Shown piece by piece: positions 35,040 through 47,839 of a DNA stretch of 54,620 nt; the stretch's first letter is position 1; every line of letters begins with the position of its first letter. Under the pieces are notes generated by a model, which was not told the DNA's origin, searched no databases, and saw nothing but the letters and a program-made list of their open reading frames with translations. The stretch lies in assembly GCA_037127835.1 (NCBI GenBank), contig JBAXXS010000002.1, positions 1 through 54,620 of the forward strand. Reading direction: 5' to 3'. A program made the translations under genes and the position numbers. The DNA is from Verrucomicrobiota bacterium. Lineage in GTDB: Bacteria; Verrucomicrobiota; Verrucomicrobiia; Chthoniobacterales; UBA6821.

Positions 35040-35744
35040 ATGGCTCTCAAGATCGAAGTCCTTGCTGATGATGATGCGGTTGCCAAAGCGGCTGCAGGAG
35101 TGATTGCCGCTGCGGCCCGTGAGGCCGTGGCAGCCCGAGGCGTCTTCACGCTAGCCGTGAGTGGAGGAAAGACCCCTTGGGCGATGCTCAAGGATCTCGC
35201 GTCGGAGGAGGTGCCTTGGTCCCAAGTCCATGTCTTCCAGATCGACGAGCGCATTGCTCCCGAAGGGGATCCTGATCGGAACCTGACCCATCTGCATGAA
35301 TCTCTTTTGGGCAATGCTCCTATCCCTAAGGAGAATATCCATGCCATGCCGGTCAATGCCGAGGATCCCGTCGAGGGAACCAAAGAATATGAGCAGGTTC
35401 TTCAGGAAATCTGTGGGCATCCACCGACTCTCGATATGGCTCATCTTGGCCTTGGACCCGACGGCCACACGGCCTCGTTGACTCCGAATGATCCTGTCCT
35501 CGGAGTTACTGACCGCGATGTGGCACTTACCGATCCTGTGCATCTCTACCAGAACCGCCGTCGCATGACCCTGACCTATCCAATGATCAACCGCTCGCGC
35601 CAGATCATGTGGCTCGCCACAGGAGCTGCAAAGATCCCGATGATCGTGAAGCTCAAGGCAGTCGATCACTCGATTCCTGCCGGAAGTATCAGTCAGGTTA
35701 ACGCGCTGTTGCTCACGGACACCGCAGCAGCAGTAGGCTTGTAG
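35040..35744 (+). CDS. pgl: 6-phosphogluconolactonase
   Basis: LAVSGGKTP, DERIAP and LGLGPDGHTASL motifs. Confidence 0.9.
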   Translation: MALKIEVLADDDAVAKAAAGVIAAAAREAVAARGVFTLAVSGGKTPWAMLKDLASEEVPWSQVHVFQIDERIAPEGDPDRNLTHLHESLLGNAPIPKENIHAMPVNAEDPVEGTKEYEQVLQEICGHPPTLDMAHLGLGPDGHTASLTPNDPVLGVTDRDVALTDPVHLYQNRRRMTLTYPMINRSRQIMWLATGAAKIPMIVKLKAVDHSIPAGSISQVNALLLTDTAAAVGL

Positions 35745-35760
35745 CGGCTTGGGATTGAAC

Positions 35761-35789
35761 GCGGGCGTGGCCCTGCCGCTCGCCTTTTT
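35761..35789. terminator. GC-rich hairpin followed by a T-run, between convergent pgl and carB
   Basis: gcgggcgtggccctgccgctcgc, an imperfect stem GCGGGC/GCTCGC plus inner pairs, followed by ctttttc. Confidence 0.4.
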
Positions 35790-35845
35790 CAGGAATCCCT
35801 TCGGCATTTCAACCTACTCCCGCCAGCCCAAGTTCAATCATCAGC

Positions 35846-39070
<3,225 letters not shown>

Positions 39071-39283
39071 GGAGTGCTACGTGTCGTAAAGTGTGTCGGT
39101 ATCCCTCGGAGGAGGCCCTGTATTGAACCCTCCAAGGTACAGGAGAGTCAAACGTGGAGTCGTAGGAGAGGAGTAAAATCGTTCGGCGGCTTCTGAACCG
39201 ATCCATGAATTCAACCCGTTATGAAGATCCCAAAGTCAGCGACTTTCTGGACATTAGCACCCACTCTCGCTAGTACCACACTC

Positions 39284-39904
39284 ATGTCCGATAACCCAAT
39301 CGTCCCAGATTCCAATCAAGAGAGTTTACCCGCTCCCCGTACTGGCAAGATGCATTTTCATAGCATGGAGGAAATGTCTCGAGACGACTTTGCGATTTTG
39401 AAGCAGGTGCATGAGGAGAACCTGGAGAAATTACCTGACCTTCTCCTTAGCCTGCTCAACAGTCTGGGTGGGGACGAAGCCTATCCGGTGGATCGCCTAG
39501 AGCACTCCCTTCAGGCCGCCACCCGTGCCCTGAGGGATGGTCGGGACGAAGAATATGTGGTCGTGGCGTTGCTTCATGATGTTGGGGAAGCGCTTGGTCC
39601 CATGAATCACGGCGAAGTCATTGGTGCCGTACTGCACCCGTTCATCAGCGAGGCCAATCACTGGATGCTGGTCAACCACCCCCTATTCCAGACCTACTTT
39701 TATGGGAGTCATGTTGGAATCGATCCCAATGGCAGGGATATCTACAAGGATCATCCCCACTTCGAGCACACGGCCGAGTTCTGCGCCAAATATGACGAGG
39801 TTTCCTTCGATCCGAATTACCCGGTGGAACCTCTAGAGACATTCATTCCGATGGTTAGGAGGGTGCTCTCGAAAAAGTGGACCGCACCCGGTCAAGAGAA
39901 ATAA
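39284..39904 (+). CDS. HD-domain protein, COG4341 / PhnZ-MIOX-like putative diiron oxygenase or phosphohydrolase
   Basis: A ligand-like series: H (LEHSLQ), HD (LLHDVG), H..H (NHGEVIGAVLHP) and a later D. The overall pattern is FPVDRLEHSLQAATRALRDGRDEEYVV. The start is ATG 39284 or 39221. Confidence 0.65.
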   Translation: MSDNPIVPDSNQESLPAPRTGKMHFHSMEEMSRDDFAILKQVHEENLEKLPDLLLSLLNSLGGDEAYPVDRLEHSLQAATRALRDGRDEEYVVVALLHDVGEALGPMNHGEVIGAVLHPFISEANHWMLVNHPLFQTYFYGSHVGIDPNGRDIYKDHPHFEHTAEFCAKYDEVSFDPNYPVEPLETFIPMVRRVLSKKWTAPGQEK

Positions 39905-39932
39905 GCGGGATCTAATTTTTACGGAGCAGACT

Positions 39933-40889
39933 TCAGTCCTGCCTCGGCAAGCGCGTGACCAGAATGGTCGTGTCCCCTGTGTCCGGGATTAGGATGGCCT
40001 CTTCCAGAGATGCTGGAATCAGCATGAAACCGCCCGGTCTAAGGGTCGTGCCAGAGCACTCCACCTTACCCGTCAGGCAAGTGACGATAGAGAAGTCTCC
40101 TTTGCAGGCGATATTCCCTGGCAAGGGAAAGGATATCTTCTCGACATGAAAATAGGGACAGTCGGCAACAATGGTTCGAGACGCGGGAGTCAGCAATGGC
40201 TCGAAATCGTTGAAATCGATGGAATACAGCGATTCCTTGATGTGAAGATCGCGTGGCTTACCCTCAAGACCTCGGCGATTCCAGTCAAAGACTCGGTACG
40301 TCGTGTCGCTGTTCTGCTGAACCTCGACGATAACCAACCCTTCGCCGATTGCATGCAATCTGCCGCTCGGAATGAAGATGCTCTCTCCAGTGTGAGCTTG
40401 CACCTTGTGAAGCGTCTCTTCCACAGTCCCATCCAGGAGAGCCTGCTCGAACTGCTTGCGTGAGACACCTTTTTTGAGTCCGGCATAGACGGAGGCTCCT
40501 TTGGAGGCATGGAGAAAATACCAGCACTCCGTCTTCGGTTCCCCATTCAATGCCGTGGCATGCTCCACCGGTGGATGAACCTGGACGGAGAGGCGCTCGC
40601 GGGCATCGAGGAGTTTGATTAGGAGGGGGAAACGGGGAGAGGGGTTGGAGCTGTGCAGGGAGCCGAAGACTTCTTCACGGTTTTCTATCCATAATTCGTG
40701 AAGCGTCTTCCCCTTGAGGGGACCTTCATGAACCACGCTTTGCGCTTCAGGCCGGTCGACCATTTCCCAGAGTTCCCCTACCGGAACAGCGTGGGGGAGT
40801 GTTTTGCCAAGTAGGGTTTCGAAACGGCGCCCCCCCCAGACGCGTTCCATGGCCAGGGGTTCGAAAGTGATCGGAGAGGAATGAACCAT
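39933..40889 (-). CDS. manA: type I phosphomannose isomerase (cupin)
   Basis: ERVWGG, LSVQVHP, a later His (GRLHAIG), and a size of about 318 aa. Confidence 0.85.
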   Translation of the reverse strand: MVHSSPITFEPLAMERVWGGRRFETLLGKTLPHAVPVGELWEMVDRPEAQSVVHEGPLKGKTLHELWIENREEVFGSLHSSNPSPRFPLLIKLLDARERLSVQVHPPVEHATALNGEPKTECWYFLHASKGASVYAGLKKGVSRKQFEQALLDGTVEETLHKVQAHTGESIFIPSGRLHAIGEGLVIVEVQQNSDTTYRVFDWNRRGLEGKPRDLHIKESLYSIDFNDFEPLLTPASRTIVADCPYFHVEKISFPLPGNIACKGDFSIVTCLTGKVECSGTTLRPGGFMLIPASLEEAILIPDTGDTTILVTRLPRQD

Positions 40890-40951
40890 GATATTCCTCT
40901 TACTATCCCCAAGATGCCTGCGATTGCCAAGACCATACGGTCTCCTGCAAG

Positions 40952-43459
40952 ATGATCAGGATGGTCTCGACACGACGTAAACGCTCCTTAGATGAAATAA
41001 CGGGGGTCCTTCTGCTTTTTGGGGGAATCCTACTCTTTCTCGCACTCTGCTCCTTCGAGCCAAGGGATGTTTCCCCCTGGCTGCCGTATGCGAAGCACGC
41101 TCATTCCTCGGAATATCCGGTAAACTTCATCGGTCGTGTGGGAGCGGATATTGCCGGCTTGTTTTACTTTCTCTTCGGCGGCGCCTCCTACTTCGCCTCA
41201 GTGGCCTTGGTGGGGCTCGGAATAGCCAAGTTCACGACGGAATTCCGACTCGGCATCCGCTTGGGATGGGCGCTTGTTTTTGTCCTGAGTTGGTCGACCT
41301 TGCTTGATTTGCAGCATCTCATTCTGAGTGACTGGCACGAGAAATTCAACATTCAGGGGCCCGGTGGATGGTTCGGACACCGGATTGATCTGGTGCTCGG
41401 GCGACATGTGCTTGGCACGCTCGGATCGGGTCTTATCTTCATGGCCCTTGCCCTGGTCAGCCTCATCCTGGCAACAGGATTCCATCCGATCCTGGCATTA
41501 CGCCGTTTTTTTTCCTTAATCATTTCCATCACGGGAACATTCGCGGGGTTCCTGATCGGATTGATCAAAAAGCATCTTGCCAACCGGAAAAAGGAATCCG
41601 GGGTGCCGGAGGAGGTTGAGCCGCCACGCTACCGCACTGGCAATCGCCGTAAATCTCCCACCGCGGAAACCAAGGTCGAGGGATTATCGGATGAAGGTGT
41701 TTCCCTCGGAACGACTCCTCCTGTGGATCTCCCTTCACCCAAGATCATCGATGCCAGTGTGCCGGCGCCGGCTCGCAAGCCGACACTGGCCGAAGTGATG
41801 AAGGGCAAAGCCAACTCCATGCAGAGTGATTCGCTTCCTGCTTCCGGCGTCCTTGGCGAGTTGAGTTTGGAGGAATACACCTTGCCTGGCTTTGATCTTC
41901 TAGAGACCTACGATGATGAGGGGCACAAGCCCGCTGATCCGGCCGAGCTTCAAGGAGTGCAGAAGATCATTCTCGAGACGCTTGCCCAATTCGACATTGA
42001 GGCTTCTCCTGGAGATATCACCAAGGGGCCGACAATCACACGTTACGAAGTCTATCCCGCCATCGGCGTGCGTGTGGAGCGCATCTCGGCGCTGGAAAAA
42101 AACCTTGCCCGTGCCACACGTGCGGAACGGATCAACATTCTGGCTCCTATTCCCGGGAAGGACACCGTAGGCATCGAGATCGCCAACTCCAGTAAGGTGA
42201 AGGTGAGCATCCGCGAGCTTTTTGAGAGCGAGGCTTGGCACTCTACCAAGGCCGCTTTGCCACTTGCTCTCGGCAAGGATGTCTACGGGCATGCCATCAT
42301 CGCCGATCTCGCCGCGATGCCACACCTCCTTGTGGCGGGCGCTACAGGAAGTGGCAAGAGCGTCTGCATCAACTCCATCATCACGAGCCTGATCTTCAAG
42401 CACACGCCCGAGACCCTGCGATTCATCATGATTGATCCGAAGGTCGTGGAGATGCAGGTCTACAATGATCTCCCCCATCTGGTGACTCCGGTGGTGACGG
42501 ATCCAAAGAAGGTCCTGCTGGCATTGCGCTGGGTGGTCGACGAGATGGAGAAGCGCTATGGCATCTTCGCCAAGGTGGGAGTCAAGAATATCAGCGGCTT
42601 CAACAGTCGCCCCAAGCCCGAGAAAGCGCCCTTGACTGTGGTTGCGGATGGCTCTTCCGAAGGGGAGGAAACTGCCGAAGTAAGCGAGATCGCTAATGAT
42701 CCCTTCGGTTCGACCACGGATGCCAATTTGGAAGGTCAGGAGGAACCAGCGGTGCCGGAACTTCCATTCAAGCCCGGTGACGACATGATCATTCCGGACC
42801 AGATGCCTTTTATCGTCGTGATCGTCGACGAGTTGGCTGATCTCATGCAGACAGCGCCTGCCGATGTCGAGGGGGCAATCGCCCGTATTACGCAGAAGGC
42901 GCGTGCCGCCGGAATCCACATGATCGTGGCGACACAGACGCCCCGCTCAAGCGTCGTCACCGGAGTCATCAAGGCGAATATTCCATCCCGCATCGCTTTC
43001 CAAGTGGCCTCGGGTCTCGACAGTCGGGTTATCCTGGACATGAACGGTGCAGAAAAACTCCTCGGTAAGGGAGACATGCTTTATCTGCCGCCCGGGAGCG
43101 CCAAGCTCACGCGGGCACAGGGTGTCCTAGTCACCGATGAGGAGATCCACCGAGTCGTTGCCAATCTCGCTATCCAGGCTAAGCCTGTCTTCGAGCCGAG
43201 CATCTCGGCCAAACTGGCCTCGAACACCATGCCGGAGGATGAGATCACCGACGAGGAGGAGGATCTTGTCGACAGGTGTCTCGAGATCATCCGTCAGGAG
43301 AAAAAGGCCTCCACCTCCATGCTCCAGCGTCGTCTGCGACTGGGTTACACCCGTGCCGCCCGCATTGTCGACATTCTCGAGCAACGTGGCATTCTGGGAC
43401 CTAAGGATGGGGCGAAAGACCGCGAGATTCTCGTCGATTTGGATGGTTTGGACGACTGA
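40952..43459 (+). CDS. ftsK: DNA translocase FtsK
   Basis: N-terminal TM domain, a Pro/charge-rich linker, motor Walker A GATGSGKSV, DELADLM, and a gamma-domain wHTH (STSMLQRRLRLGYTRAARIVD). Confidence 0.93.
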   Translation: MIRMVSTRRKRSLDEITGVLLLFGGILLFLALCSFEPRDVSPWLPYAKHAHSSEYPVNFIGRVGADIAGLFYFLFGGASYFASVALVGLGIAKFTTEFRLGIRLGWALVFVLSWSTLLDLQHLILSDWHEKFNIQGPGGWFGHRIDLVLGRHVLGTLGSGLIFMALALVSLILATGFHPILALRRFFSLIISITGTFAGFLIGLIKKHLANRKKESGVPEEVEPPRYRTGNRRKSPTAETKVEGLSDEGVSLGTTPPVDLPSPKIIDASVPAPARKPTLAEVMKGKANSMQSDSLPASGVLGELSLEEYTLPGFDLLETYDDEGHKPADPAELQGVQKIILETLAQFDIEASPGDITKGPTITRYEVYPAIGVRVERISALEKNLARATRAERINILAPIPGKDTVGIEIANSSKVKVSIRELFESEAWHSTKAALPLALGKDVYGHAIIADLAAMPHLLVAGATGSGKSVCINSIITSLIFKHTPETLRFIMIDPKVVEMQVYNDLPHLVTPVVTDPKKVLLALRWVVDEMEKRYGIFAKVGVKNISGFNSRPKPEKAPLTVVADGSSEGEETAEVSEIANDPFGSTTDANLEGQEEPAVPELPFKPGDDMIIPDQMPFIVVIVDELADLMQTAPADVEGAIARITQKARAAGIHMIVATQTPRSSVVTGVIKANIPSRIAFQVASGLDSRVILDMNGAEKLLGKGDMLYLPPGSAKLTRAQGVLVTDEEIHRVVANLAIQAKPVFEPSISAKLASNTMPEDEITDEEEDLVDRCLEIIRQEKKASTSMLQRRLRLGYTRAARIVDILEQRGILGPKDGAKDREILVDLDGLDD

Positions 43460-43489
43460 GTGACTTATTCTTTCCGACCCTCATTATTC

Positions 43490-43969
43490 ATGTTTTTTCA
43501 ACCGATATCATCCGCCAGGCCGCTTGGTTTTCTTCTCCGTGAGGCGAGGCAGGATCTTGGGTTGAGCCTTGGTGAGGCATCACGGTTAACAAGGCTTTCT
43601 GAACAGGAGATCGAACTGATGGAGGAGGGGGGATTCATGAATCCCGATGTCGCCCGCATCCATGCCGTGACCTACGTGCGAGCTATGGGGTTGGATCCAC
43701 TTTCCATCCGCGACTCCCTTCCCTCCATGCCGGAGCTGGCACCCAAGAACTGCCAGTATCTCTCCAATTACGCACGCCCTCTGAAACCTCCCTTCGAGTG
43801 GAGTCTGGAACTGCTGGCTCCTTTGGCTCCCCTGGGACGTGCAACCGTTTATCTCCTGTTGGTGACCACACTCCTGAGTACCTGGGGCGTGATGCGCCAG
43901 CTGTCACGTGTCCGATCCATTCCCTGGATCACCAGTAACGCCAGCCTCTCTTCCTTTTCTAGCAGATAA
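43490..43969 (+). CDS. helix-turn-helix (XRE/RodZ-like) membrane protein
   Basis: LREARQDLGLSLGEASRLTRLSEQEIELMEEG HTH, followed by a C-terminal TM segment. The start is uncertain (GTG 43460 or ATG 43490). Confidence 0.55.
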   Translation: MFFQPISSARPLGFLLREARQDLGLSLGEASRLTRLSEQEIELMEEGGFMNPDVARIHAVTYVRAMGLDPLSIRDSLPSMPELAPKNCQYLSNYARPLKPPFEWSLELLAPLAPLGRATVYLLLVTTLLSTWGVMRQLSRVRSIPWITSNASLSSFSSR

Positions 43970-43992
43970 TTTTCACCGATAATTTCCAAACG

Positions 43993-45387
43993 ATGAGCAC
44001 TACCCAGATTCCTGAACCCCGCAAGATCGGCCTGATCAGCCTTGGCTGTGCCAAGAACCTCGTCGATGCCGAAATCCTGCTTGGAGATGCCAAGCTCCAC
44101 GGCTACGAACTCACGACCGAAACCGACGAGGCTGATGTCGTCCTTGTCAATACCTGCGGATTCATTGATCCGGCTAAGGAGGAGAGCATCAATGCGATTC
44201 TGGAGGCTAACCGCCGCCGTCTCCATGGTGCAAAACCCGGACAGAAGCTGGTGGTAGGGGGATGCCTTTCCCAACGCTATTCGAGTGATCTCGCCATTCA
44301 GCTGCCCGAAGTGGATGCCTTCATGGGTTTGGATGAGATCAAGAGCGCTGGCTCGTTCTTCGACCGTCTTCTTGACGACGAGCGTGAAGAGACGGGGGCC
44401 TTAGTCGAGGTCTCACGCCGTGCCGCCTACATTCCCGACTACGACACGCCACGTGTCCGTCTCACGGCTTCCCACACCGCTTATGTGAAAATCGCCGAAG
44501 GATGCAATCACCCCTGTTCCTTCTGCGTTATTCCGAGGATGCGCGGCCGTCACCGTAGTCGCACGATCGAGTCCGTGGTGAAGGAAGTCGAGGGATTGGT
44601 GGCTTCCGGCGTGAAGGAGATCAATCTCATCAGCCAGGACACCACCTACTATGGAATGGATCTCTGGGAGGAGAAGGCCGGACCTCGTCAGCCGGTCGAT
44701 GAAGCCAGAGGCCCCGGACTTCCCGCACTGCTCGACGCCTTGGCAGCGATTCCGGGCGAGTTCTGGATCCGTCTTCTCTACACCCATCCGGCCCACTGGA
44801 GCGATGACATGATCACCGCTATCGCCCGCAATCCGAAGGTAGCCCGCTATGTCGATATGCCGCTCCAGCATATCCACGACGTGATGCTGGATGCCATGCG
44901 CCGCGAAACGGATCGCGGACATATCGAACGCCTGATCGACCGGATGCGCGCCGGCATTCCCGGACTGACGATCAGGACGACCTTCATTGTCGGGTTCCCC
45001 GGAGAAGCCGAGGAGCATTTCGAGAGTCTCTTGGAATTCATGAATGCCCGCCGATTTGAGCGTCTGGGTGTCTTTAACTATTCCCGTGAAGAGGAATCCC
45101 GTGCCGCGAAGCTTCCCGGTCAGATCCATGGTGGCACCAAGAAGCGCCGTCACCGCGAGGCGATGCTTGTCCAGCAGGAGATCGCCGTCGAACTCGCTCT
45201 GGAGCAGGTGGGTAGGGAGTTGATCGTTCTTGCCGACACTGCTGGATTCGGGCGCACCGAGGGGGATGCCCCCGATGTCGATTGCCGCGTCCACTTCACT
45301 AGGCCGGTAAAGGCAGGGGAGTTCCACCGCGTCAGGATTACCGGCACCCGCGGCTATGATCTCGAAGCGGAGCCGCTAGTCGATTAG
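43993..45387 (+). CDS. rimO: ribosomal protein S12 methylthiotransferase
   Basis: N-terminal IGLISLGCAKNLVDAE, radical-SAM CNHPCSFC and a TRAM-like C-terminus. Confidence 0.92.
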   Translation: MSTTQIPEPRKIGLISLGCAKNLVDAEILLGDAKLHGYELTTETDEADVVLVNTCGFIDPAKEESINAILEANRRRLHGAKPGQKLVVGGCLSQRYSSDLAIQLPEVDAFMGLDEIKSAGSFFDRLLDDEREETGALVEVSRRAAYIPDYDTPRVRLTASHTAYVKIAEGCNHPCSFCVIPRMRGRHRSRTIESVVKEVEGLVASGVKEINLISQDTTYYGMDLWEEKAGPRQPVDEARGPGLPALLDALAAIPGEFWIRLLYTHPAHWSDDMITAIARNPKVARYVDMPLQHIHDVMLDAMRRETDRGHIERLIDRMRAGIPGLTIRTTFIVGFPGEAEEHFESLLEFMNARRFERLGVFNYSREEESRAAKLPGQIHGGTKKRRHREAMLVQQEIAVELALEQVGRELIVLADTAGFGRTEGDAPDVDCRVHFTRPVKAGEFHRVRITGTRGYDLEAEPLVD

Positions 45388-45412
45388 CAAGCCGAGCTGA
45401 GGTATCCATAAG

Positions 45413-46204
45413 ATGAAGATTTCGTTTTCCTTTCCGATGACACGGGCCTTTAGCCTCTATCTGGGGCAGATTGCTTTCCTGGCCGGCGAGACCTTCTCAT
45501 CGATCTTCCTTGGAAGGATCCGCTGGCGTTTGGTTCTGAATCAGATCGTCGAGATCGGATTCGGTTCCCAGGCTGTCGTCATTATTACGGGGATTTTTAC
45601 GGGTGCCGTGTTCACCGCGCAGATCTTTTTCCAGTTCAACGCCCTGAACATGAGTACGGCAGTCGGGCCCGTGGTATCCATCGCTCTTTGCCGTGAACTC
45701 GGCCCTGTCCTTACAGGACTCATGGTGGCTGGTCGCGTCGGAGCCGCCATTTGCGCGGAGATCGGCACAATGAAGGTCACCGAGCAGATCGACGCCCTCC
45801 GTGCTCTGGCGGTCAATCCGGTTGATTACCTCGTAGTGCCCCGTGCCGTTGCGATGATGATCTCTATGCCCCTGCTCGTGGGGGAATGCATTTTCTTCGC
45901 CCTTACAGCCAGCTACTACGTGGCCACACGGATCCTGAATGTGAACAGCGTCTTCTTTCTGCAGCACATGTGGTTCTACACACACACCAAGGACATGGTG
46001 ATGGCGCTGACCAAGGGATTTGTCTTCGCCTTGATCGTTGTCTTTGTCGGATGCCTGCAGGGGCTCACGACCAGCAACGGTGCCGTGGGAGTGGGACGCT
46101 CCACGACCGAGGCAGTGGTCATCAGTTCCCTGACCATCCTGATGATCAACTTCTTCCTGACGATGGGGCTGAACATCATCTTTCCAGCCGGAGGGAAGTT
46201 CTGA
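45413..46204 (+). CDS. mlaE: MlaE-family ABC transporter permease
   Basis: ELGPVLTGLMVAGRVGAAICAEIGTMKVTEQIDAL is the MlaE signature. Confidence 0.88.
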   Translation: MKISFSFPMTRAFSLYLGQIAFLAGETFSSIFLGRIRWRLVLNQIVEIGFGSQAVVIITGIFTGAVFTAQIFFQFNALNMSTAVGPVVSIALCRELGPVLTGLMVAGRVGAAICAEIGTMKVTEQIDALRALAVNPVDYLVVPRAVAMMISMPLLVGECIFFALTASYYVATRILNVNSVFFLQHMWFYTHTKDMVMALTKGFVFALIVVFVGCLQGLTTSNGAVGVGRSTTEAVVISSLTILMINFFLTMGLNIIFPAGGKF

Positions 46205-46962
46205 TGATTTCCGAGGGTAAGAACCTGATTGAGGTCCGTGATCTCCGCCAGAGCTTCTCCGGACAGGAGATTCTGCGCGGTGTGAATCTCGACATTCCCC
46301 GTGGTGAGACCATCGTGCTTCTGGGTCAGAGCGGCGGGGGGAAGAGTGTTTTTCTCAGGCACCTTATCGGGCTGATCCCCCCACTCTCGGGATCCATTAA
46401 GATCGACGGCGAGGAAATCGCCCATCTCGATGAGCGTCAGCTCGAGCCGATCCGTCGAAAGATAGGGATGCTTTTTCAGGATGGGGCACTCTTCGACTCG
46501 ATGACTGTTTTTGAGAATGTGGCATTTCCCCTGCGTGAACGCGGCGAGCGGAGTGAAAAAATCGTCAGGGAGAAGGTTGCCAGATCCTTGGAGCTCGTCT
46601 CTCTGGAGGGGCAGGATAAGAAAATGCCCTCCAATCTCAGCGGAGGCATGCGCAAGCGCACCGCTCTTGCCCGCGCCATCATCACCGAGCCCTCCTGCAT
46701 TCTCTATGACGAGCCGACGGCCGGCCTTGATCCGATTGTTTCTGACACGATCAACAAGCTCATCAGACGCATGCAATCACAGCTCAAGGTGACCTCCATC
46801 GTCGTTACTCACGATATGATCAGCACTGATTATATTGCCGACCGAGTGGCCCTTCTCCGTGAGGGACGCATTCATTTTGACGGCTCACTTACGAATCTTC
46901 ACTCCTCGACGGACCCGGTAATTACGGATTTCATCGAAGGGCGTTCCCACGAAATCGACTAA
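46204..46962 (+). CDS. mlaF: MlaF-type ABC transporter ATP-binding protein
   Basis: GQSGGGKSV Walker A, LSGGMRKR, ILYDEPTAGLDP. The ATG at 46204 overlaps the mlaE TGA. Confidence 0.9.
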   Translation: MISEGKNLIEVRDLRQSFSGQEILRGVNLDIPRGETIVLLGQSGGGKSVFLRHLIGLIPPLSGSIKIDGEEIAHLDERQLEPIRRKIGMLFQDGALFDSMTVFENVAFPLRERGERSEKIVREKVARSLELVSLEGQDKKMPSNLSGGMRKRTALARAIITEPSCILYDEPTAGLDPIVSDTINKLIRRMQSQLKVTSIVVTHDMISTDYIADRVALLREGRIHFDGSLTNLHSSTDPVITDFIEGRSHEID

Positions 46963-47006
46963 CTGACTAATCGAATAAGAGACTAAGACATTCCCGTTAT
47001 TCCACT

Positions 47007-47798
47007 ATGGACACTACCAACACCTCCAATCAGCTCCGGGCAGGATTCTTCATGATCCTCGGCTTTCTGTGCATCGGATCACTCGTCATTTACTTCGGGC
47101 GATTTGGAGAGGGAGTGAAGAAATATTACACCCTGACCGTCGAGTATCGGAATGCCAGCGGTATCGTGAAGGGCGCAGACGTCATGCTGGCGGGTGCTAA
47201 GATCGGAGAAGTGGCGATAGCACCTACGGTTCTCCCCAACATGCGCGGTGTCGCTGTGCCTCTGAAGATCGAGGAGACCGTCCAGATCCCGCAGGGCAGC
47301 ATTTTCTCGATCGGAAGTTCCGGACTTCTCGGGGACCGCTTCGTGACTGTGACAATGGACGATCATAACCTCAATCCCCAGCCGATCGCTCCAGGTACCG
47401 TGATCAAGAACGGACAGAGTGAATCCAGTATCTCGGAGCTCCAGCGTCAACTTCACGACGAGATCCTTCCTAAGCTCAGCTCGGCCCTGGACAACATCGA
47501 TGCCGTGAGCAAGTCGCTCCATGATGATGTCTTCAACAAACAGGGTGTTCAGAACCTGCAGATGACGCTCGCGAACTTCCGCACCACCAGCGACGCCATG
47601 GCGGCCTCTTCAGGGGAACTTAAAGGAGTGATGGTCAAGGCCAATGTCTTCTTGAAGAAGGGCAATAACGCGATGGATTCCGTCCAGGGAGCGACAGGGG
47701 ATTTCAAGGCCTTCGTTACAAACCTGCGCCAGCACGGGATCATCTTTTATAAAGACAGTGCGGGCTCGTCTTCGGGGCCCCTCAAAAAGCAGCCTTAA
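47007..47798 (+). CDS. mlaD: MlaD/MCE domain protein
   Basis: N-terminal TM anchor and an MCE core (YYTLTVEYRNASGIVKGADVMLAGAKIGEV). Confidence 0.85.
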   Translation: MDTTNTSNQLRAGFFMILGFLCIGSLVIYFGRFGEGVKKYYTLTVEYRNASGIVKGADVMLAGAKIGEVAIAPTVLPNMRGVAVPLKIEETVQIPQGSIFSIGSSGLLGDRFVTVTMDDHNLNPQPIAPGTVIKNGQSESSISELQRQLHDEILPKLSSALDNIDAVSKSLHDDVFNKQGVQNLQMTLANFRTTSDAMAASSGELKGVMVKANVFLKKGNNAMDSVQGATGDFKAFVTNLRQHGIIFYKDSAGSSSGPLKKQP

Positions 47799-47839
47799 AA
47801 AGTATCTTTAAAAATACTCTTAGCTCAGGCGACGAATTT

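Noticed and set aside
41900-42919. 339-aa minus-strand ORF inside ftsK. Similar long antisense ORFs are at 31032-31877, 34121-34969, 44413-45327, 45976-46776, 49722-50525 and 25256-25957.
   Set aside because: All are mirror-frame ORFs opposite strongly conserved genes (ftsK, mrdA, pgi, rimO, mlaE/F, UXS, cbpA). None shows recognisable motifs.
45886-46203. 5' extension of the mlaF ORF overlapping mlaE. Similar extensions occur for the ORFs starting at 1391, 7395, 7930, 10231, 11803, 14895, 16603, 22730, 23892, 24983, 25205, 28947, 32908, 33299 and 49692.
   Set aside because: In each case the extension lacks family-typical sequence or overlaps the neighbouring gene. An internal ATG/GTG at the conserved N-terminus gives a normal protein length.
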